Assembly: GCF_009914755.1 (NCBI RefSeq)
Contig: NC_060927.1
From: the human T2T-CHM13v2.0 reference genome, Homo sapiens
DNA length: 64,000 nt
Strand: one strand, 5' to 3'
Shown here: positions 57,567 through 64,000 of the stretch, piece after piece
Numbering within the stretch: position 1 is the stretch's first letter
Layout: every line of letters begins with the position of its first letter
The notes under the pieces: generated by a model
The model's database searches: none
Told to the model about the DNA's origin: nothing
The model's input: only the letters and a program-made list of their open reading frames with translations
Program-made: the position numbers and the translations under genes

Positions 57567-60330
57567 CCCACAGTCTTTTAATAGAGTTGGTGATTTGGCT
57601 CCATGAAGGGATGGATGCCCAGGCTGAGCACAGATTGGTGGATGTGACTGCTTCCCCTCAGTGGGTTTCAGCTCTTGCCCAAACCTCTCATGATAGAGTG
57701 TATTTCTGTATTTGTCAGTAATTTAAGAAGTTTTAAAGGGAAACTTTTACATGAGCAATCATTTTGTCTTATATTTATCTTTTGAAGCCAGCTCACCATA
57801 GAAGATGCTACTCCACATGTGGAGGGAACATGACATTTTGGGGCACAAAATAGGAATCCATCAGTGGAAACACTGATCTAGCCTAGAAAACAGACTCCCA
57901 GTGCCTTCCCAGAGATTGGGGTGGAACCCAGACCTTTCTCGTTAAGATCAGTGCTCTTTCTACCCACAGCTGTGCTAGTTAACATGCCTTGCACTCTGGA
58001 GCCCATCCTCCCCGCAGGCCTGGGGGAATCCGTGAACGCCTAAACTGTGCATACAGCCGAGGCTACTCTTTCAGTACAGGCAGTCTATCCCCACGCAGAC
58101 AGTTTTTACTCACAAATGTTTGTTTTTCAGGGTCCTGCCTGGTCATCATTTCCACTGTCTTTCATGTGTTACCTTTATATTGGAATCAGAATGTGAGCTG
58201 GAAGCAATTTTCAAGCCGGTTTTGAACCTCGGTCAGGGCAATCAGAGGCATGTGTGAAGAAATCGCTGAGGCTGGGCAGCCTTCAGGCCACCAGCACTTG
58301 GTTTCCTTTTCTCCCTTCCTCCCTCAGTAATGTGACGGCCAGATGCATCCTATGCCCCAGCACCACCTCACCCTCTGGCCTGGTTTTTGAGCTTCCTTTT
58401 CCTCTTGGGTGAGGCCATGTTTCCTTGATACTTCTGGCCTCTATTCCTTGAAGGCCGGAAGGCACTCTTGGGGCGGGGGAGGGCCAGTCCCTCGACATGG
58501 AGGGGAGGGTGCTGAGAGGGGTGGGGGCAGCAACAGCAGCTGGCAGGCCCAGGGTGTGAGCGGGCAGGCCTCTGTGGGCACCGGGACAATGGCTCGCTCA
58601 CCCCCTCACCCTCTAAACTCAGCAAGGCTGAAGCGCTGTTTGGTGCTGGCTTCCCTCCTCTCTGGTGGGTGAAGAGGTCTCCCTATGAGGGGAAGTTCAG
58701 CATTGAGCTTCCACAGCAAACTCTCCAAATGCCAAAGGAGGCTGTGGAAATTAGGATTATCATGGCTCCAGAGGTTTACGGACCATCTTGAAAATCTGAG
58801 GTAGATTTTATCTGGGGTGGTGGAAGTTTTCTCTGGCTCCCATGGCTGGCTGGCTGGCCTGAGCTTCTATGGACAGAATTTTGTTAGATCCCAAGGAAAA
58901 CTTGCCAATGCTGAGAGCTCGTAGACACCAGAATAGGTTGTGAAGACAGTGGAATCTACTTTGGCGGTCCTTAAAAATAGAATAACTTCTCTTCACTCTG
59001 TAATGGTCTGGAATGACAGTCTGTTAAAAAAAAAAAAAAAGGAAAACATGACAACCACAAAGCTCTTAATTTTCAACAACTCTTGAGTTTAAGCTGTTTT
59101 AGATTTGCTGCAAGTCCTCACATCCTTTGATTGCCTGTACAATATTAAACACATATTGAAGACGCTTTGCAACATGCCCAGATACTAGAGCTCCAACGCA
59201 GAGGAAGGAAATTAATATTTGGCAGAAAATCCCAGGGACACAACTTTGTTTGGAAAATTATGTCTACCACACAAATGGAAATTAAAATTCACCTCTGAGG
59301 GACTGATAGGATTTTTCCCCATTAAGTAACCTCCTACCTCTGTTTAATTGTGTAAGGAAGTTTGTAACCTCTGCATACTCTCGCCAGGCTCTGTCCTCAT
59401 TTCCTCACCTCTTTTGTAATCTAGGTCCCAAGACTTCTAGAAGACTCTCTCGATGGGTCTTTATTCCCCAATCGCTGCTTTAACAGAGACATGTGGAGGC
59501 AGGAGACTGGGACGAGGGAGGCAGCTGAGAGGCAGTTAAGGGAACACTGAACCGAGACCCTCTTTCACTCCCTTTGCCTTCTCCAGCCATACCCTCGGAC
59601 CTTGGTCCTCTATACTTGGCTATGGTTTCTGAACCCAAGCAATGACATGGGATCTGACAAGGGCAAGTGTACTTATGGGCAAAGCAGGATGTGGTGTACT
59701 TGAGACTGGTTCTGTCCCAGGGAATTGGGAATCCTAGTGATGGGTCACATACGAATCCCCTAACTAAAAAATCAGGTACATGCCAGTTCACTTCTTTAGA
59801 CCTTGTTTGTGTGGCAAGAATGTCACATACAAAAGAATTCATGCATAGATGAGGCCATGTCAGTCATGACTTAGTGTGAGAGCCATTTTAGGATGTTGGG
59901 CAGCCCTGGGCATGCGATCTTTGGTGGCGTCTGCACCATCCCAAATGCAGTAAAAGGTCCTTCCACCTCCTTGGGAAGTACATGGATGTGGCAGTTGACA
60001 TCATATAATGTTCAACGTGCACTTAAACATTTATTGAATTATATTTATTCTATTTGAGAGACAATATCATTTTTTTTAGGTCTCAAATATTTCTTAGGGC
60101 ATTCAAAATTACTGTGCCTGTAGAGCCAGTGGATAAAATGTCCTAGGCATGGAACACTGGCCTAGAGGACTAGACATGAAAAATAAAGTATGCATACCCC
60201 TTTAGCAATACCCTGCAAATGCAAACATAAGCATGACCTTAAAATGTATGTTTATGGTGAGGAGAGGGCAGTGGTGCTGTTGAGAGAAGGAAGAGTCTCA
60301 AAATTTCCAGTGAGCAGAAATTACTTGACT

Positions 60331-60380
60331 CATCCTGACTGTCTTCTCATCCTGACTGTCTTCTCATTCTGACTGTCTTC
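60331..60380. repeat. 17-bp tandem repeat x3 (catcctgactgtcttct)
   Basis: Directly visible; one mismatch in the third unit. Confidence 0.9.
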
Positions 60381-60719
60381 CTTGGGAGTGAATGGAAAGT
60401 AATAATGTTAATTAAAGGGGAGCAAATGTCCTTAGGTTTGCCTTTATTTGGGGGAATAGTTTTTGTTTTATTTTTAGGGAACCTTCAGGCTGCTTCCCAA
60501 TGATGGGGCCCATGACTTTGGCACTATAGTTCCCTCATCACAAAGTCTTCCACCATGAAGGTCTCTAGGACCCCCACCATAGGTATGAGACTCTTTCCAT
60601 TTGTAAGGAATGGAGGGGAATACTCAGTTGAAAATTTGACGATGGGTATTCACATTCATTTTAAGGATACACAAGGAAAGTGAGGAGTGCTGTTTTGTCT
60701 CAGCAAGTGCACTGTTATC

Positions 60720-61190
60720 CACACGACAAATATTTGTTGAGCACCGACTGTGTGATGACTGTGTTCTAGGCTGTAAGGACTCTAGCAGTGAACAAGACAG
60801 ATAAGGTTCCTACTTGCACGGAGCTTGTATGTTTGATGGATAAGAAACAAAGGGCATAAATGAATGAGGTGACTTCAGATGGTGGTAAGTGCTATGAAGG
60901 AAAGAATCTGGTAACATGGTAAAGAGGGATAGGGAGAAGGGTGTGAGGCTACTTTAGATTGCATGGTCTGAAAGATTTCTTAGGAAGTAGAATTGTAACC
61001 AAGCCTTGAGAGTTCTGAAGGAGCCAGCTGGGAGTAGGTCTGGGAGCAGAATTTTCCAGGCATAGGAAGGTACTGTTGCAATGCCCCTAAAACTTTGGCA
61101 AGTTTTAGGAACACAAAGAAAGCCAGTGGGGCAGAAGCATAGGGAGTAAGGGTGAGTGCTGGGAGATGAGGTCAGGCCCAGAGAAAACCA
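60720..61190 (-). mobile_element. L2 fragment
   Basis: acaaatatttgttgagcaccgactgtgtg..ctgtgttctaggc..gcagtgaacaagacaga. Confidence 0.75.
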
Positions 61191-61899
61191 CAATGTGTTC
61201 AACACTAGTCCCAGTGGTTGCACTGGTGCCCCAAATATCTTGTCCCCACAGAATTGAAATCAATTTTTTTCTACTCCATTAATTCTGTCACCCTCATGAC
61301 TCAGTAGCTTTTTGAATGGGCTTCTCTCTCTCAGTGCCTCATCATGAACATCTTTCTGCTTTTCTATCCCTCTCTTAATTCATTTTGCATTAAAAATTCC
61401 CAAGGGTGAGGATCTGGGTATGTTGATTAATACTATCTAATAAGAAGTGGTCCTATTGGTCAGAGTCTCACACTAGGCTTTGTTATTGGCTGCTGGTCTC
61501 CCTTAGGTCCAGCTTCCTTGGCCTGGACTCCTGGTTCAATCAGTTGTGGCCAGGGTCTTATGACCTAGAGCTTGGCAACTTATTTTGAAGGAAACTGTAA
61601 TAACTACTTTCATCAGGATCAAGTTGTGTATTGTGTACTGTGCCAAAATTAAAGAGACTGACAGAATTCTTAGAGAAAGGATATATATGATCATCTCACA
61701 GGCTATGAACCTAATGAGGCTTTTTACAAAGGGCTTAGTTCTTAGCTACTCACTGAACATTCCCCAGGGACAACTGAGTCTGATCCTGTACCATCCAGAT
61801 CTAAACACTTAGAGGTTAGCTGTTCAATGTAACCTCTTCCTATTGGCTTTTTCTTTCTGCCAATTATATCTTTCATTCCCACATGCATTTATGGTATGT

Positions 61900-62345
61900 C
61901 CTTGCCATTTTCTTTCTCCTTTATCTGGACTGACTATGTGGATGGCTTTAACATACAGAACAGAGCAGAAGTACTTTATATAAGAGAACTGCAGCATCCA
62001 CCTGTTGGAACACCCCTTCATGGAACCCAGCTACTGTGCTGCAAGGAAGCCCAATTAGCCATGTGAGAAACCAAACTGGATAACTGAGGCCTCCAACCAG
62101 CAGCCCCAGCTGAGCTCCCAGCTGACAGCCAGCACTAATTGACATTTATGTGAGTGAAGCCATTTAGGGCCTTCTAACAATCCCAATGCCCCCAGCCAAC
62201 CTTAGTTTAGTATACACACACCTTACCCCAGCCAAACCCAGTGAAGTATTCACACACCGGATCAACCCACAGAATTGTGAGAAATAGCAAACTGTTTTGT
62301 TCAAAGTCCCTAAGCTTTAGAGTGGTTTTATGCAGTAATAGTTAA
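61900..62345 (+). mobile_element. MLT1 (F/H-like) LTR
   Basis: cagccccagctgagctcccagctgacagccagc...cccacagaattgtgagaaatag..gtggttttatgcagtaatag. Confidence 0.7.
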
Positions 62346-63289
62346 CCTTGCAAGGGACAGTAAATAGATTACACTGAATGCATCATATTCAGCCTTATAG
62401 AACTTCAGAATCAGATACAGATAGCAAGGGCTGTAGGCCTATGAAAATTGAAAATGAAATTTTCATTTTACTTGATAATTGTTTCTTTGGAGAATCAATA
62501 GAAGAGAAATCCTTTCTATCCCAGTGACAGGCAGCCGAGGCCACACTTGACCCTATCGTGGTGGTGGTGATTTAGGGAGAGACTGCAGGCATAGAAAGGC
62601 AGGGAAGGGAGGGAACCGGAGTCAATTCATGTGTCGATAGGGAACATTAAGTCTGTGACATTTTGCTCAGAAGGTTCAGAATTTGGCATTGTTGTTTCCT
62701 ATAGAATGAGGGAAGTTCACATGGATATTATTTATTATTCGGATGCTAATTCTTTGAACGGTGAAATGAAAAACCTCCTGCTTTCTCTCTCCCCTTTCCT
62801 TTCACTTTCTGCTTCTCTTTGCTTTGCTCACACTTTTCCTTTTTTCCTTCTTTTCAAAGAGAAGAAACAACAACAATGTCCAAACCTGTTTTTGTGCTCC
62901 AGCCTGAAATTCAGATTTGGTCTTTACCCAAAGTCAATATTTTGGGAGAAGTTTGAACTAAGTCATTCATGCAATCTTGCGTTTCAAGTATGAAAAATCC
63001 CCACAGTTTTCTACTTAAAAGGAAATAAAAAGTCTGAAAGCGATGTACCAAAAATCTATCAAACACTGGAAGCTGTCAACTTCAAACCTGGCAGGAAAAA
63101 ATAATCACCAAAGGCGGAAATTCAAGTCAAGTGTGAGTAGAGTGGCCAAAGCTTGTAATGTGTCAAAGGCACGTAGACCAGAGCTCACGCAGGGTATTCG
63201 CAGGTGAAACCCTGCACTGCAACTGACCTGTCACTATGCAGGAACCTCTAGACAGGGGCCTCTTGTTTGGATAATTGTGGCGATCTCAG

Positions 63290-63870
63290 TTAATTGGTCT
63301 CCCTGATTCAAGTCTATACCTTTTTAAAATCACAAATCTGATCAGGTCATTTTTCTGTTTACAAATTTCAGTGACTGCCCATTGTCCTAAGGATAAATCA
63401 ATACTTCTCAGCAGGCCTTAAGAGTTGACAGGCATGATCCAGCTATGATTCCCTCTCTGGCCACATCTCTGGTCACACCCAGACTCACACCCCTTTCCCC
63501 AGTCACGCTGAGCTCCATGGTGTTCCAAGAATGTTCATTGCTCTCCAGCTTAAGTCTTTGTACATGTTGTTCTTTCTCCTGGAACCGCACCTCATTCTCA
63601 ACTCTTATTTGTCCAGCAAGAATCATTTCAGATGTCACCTCTTCCAGGAAGGACTAGGAATATCCCATCTGAATTCCCACAGTATCTGGGAATTTGTCAT
63701 GTTGTGTAATAATGGTCAGCTTACATGTATATATCTGTCAGTAAACTATTAACTCCCTAAGGGCAGTTGCCATGCTATATTTAATTTTTTTAATTCTTAA
63801 AACCTAACACATAGTGCTTGGCATATAATAGATGCTCAATAAACCAATGTGAATAAAAAAATAAATGAAT
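63290..63870 (+). mobile_element. L2 3' fragment
   Basis: aaatcacaaatctgatcaggtca...acctaacacatagtgcttggcatataatagatgctcaataaa. Confidence 0.75.
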
Positions 63871-64000
63871 GTCCCTGAACCCTACCTACATTTTTGCATC
63901 ATGGGAAGAAACCAGAGGGATATAGGGTAGCAGGGCTTTGAGGTGACCACACAGTTGAGACGCTGAGACCTGAAAACAATTTTATGACCATGTCATAATT

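Overview
Repeat-dense primate (very probably human) DNA. I recognise no host protein-coding exon, tRNA/rRNA gene or CRISPR array. The largest feature is a complete but decayed minus-strand HERV-IP10F/LTR10F provirus (22661-31410) with an ACCTA target-site duplication (TSD), tRNA-Pro primer-binding site, gag/pro/pol/env remnants and AP-1-motif VNTRs in both LTRs. The window also holds a 5'-truncated SVA carrying a ~215-bp 3' transduction, a solo LTR7Y (HERV-H), a near full-length old L1PA, ERVL/LTR16 and MaLR relics, MER63/Tigger2/MADE1 DNA transposons, Alus and MIR/L2 fragments, often nested. Two structures are not explained by repeat names alone: the SVA-transduced unique sequence, and an old ~240-bp inverted templated copy inserted into an LTR16C with an 8-bp direct repeat. 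I found no convincing evidence of a wholly new biological system. Subfamily calls come from recalled consensus sequences, not from a database search.
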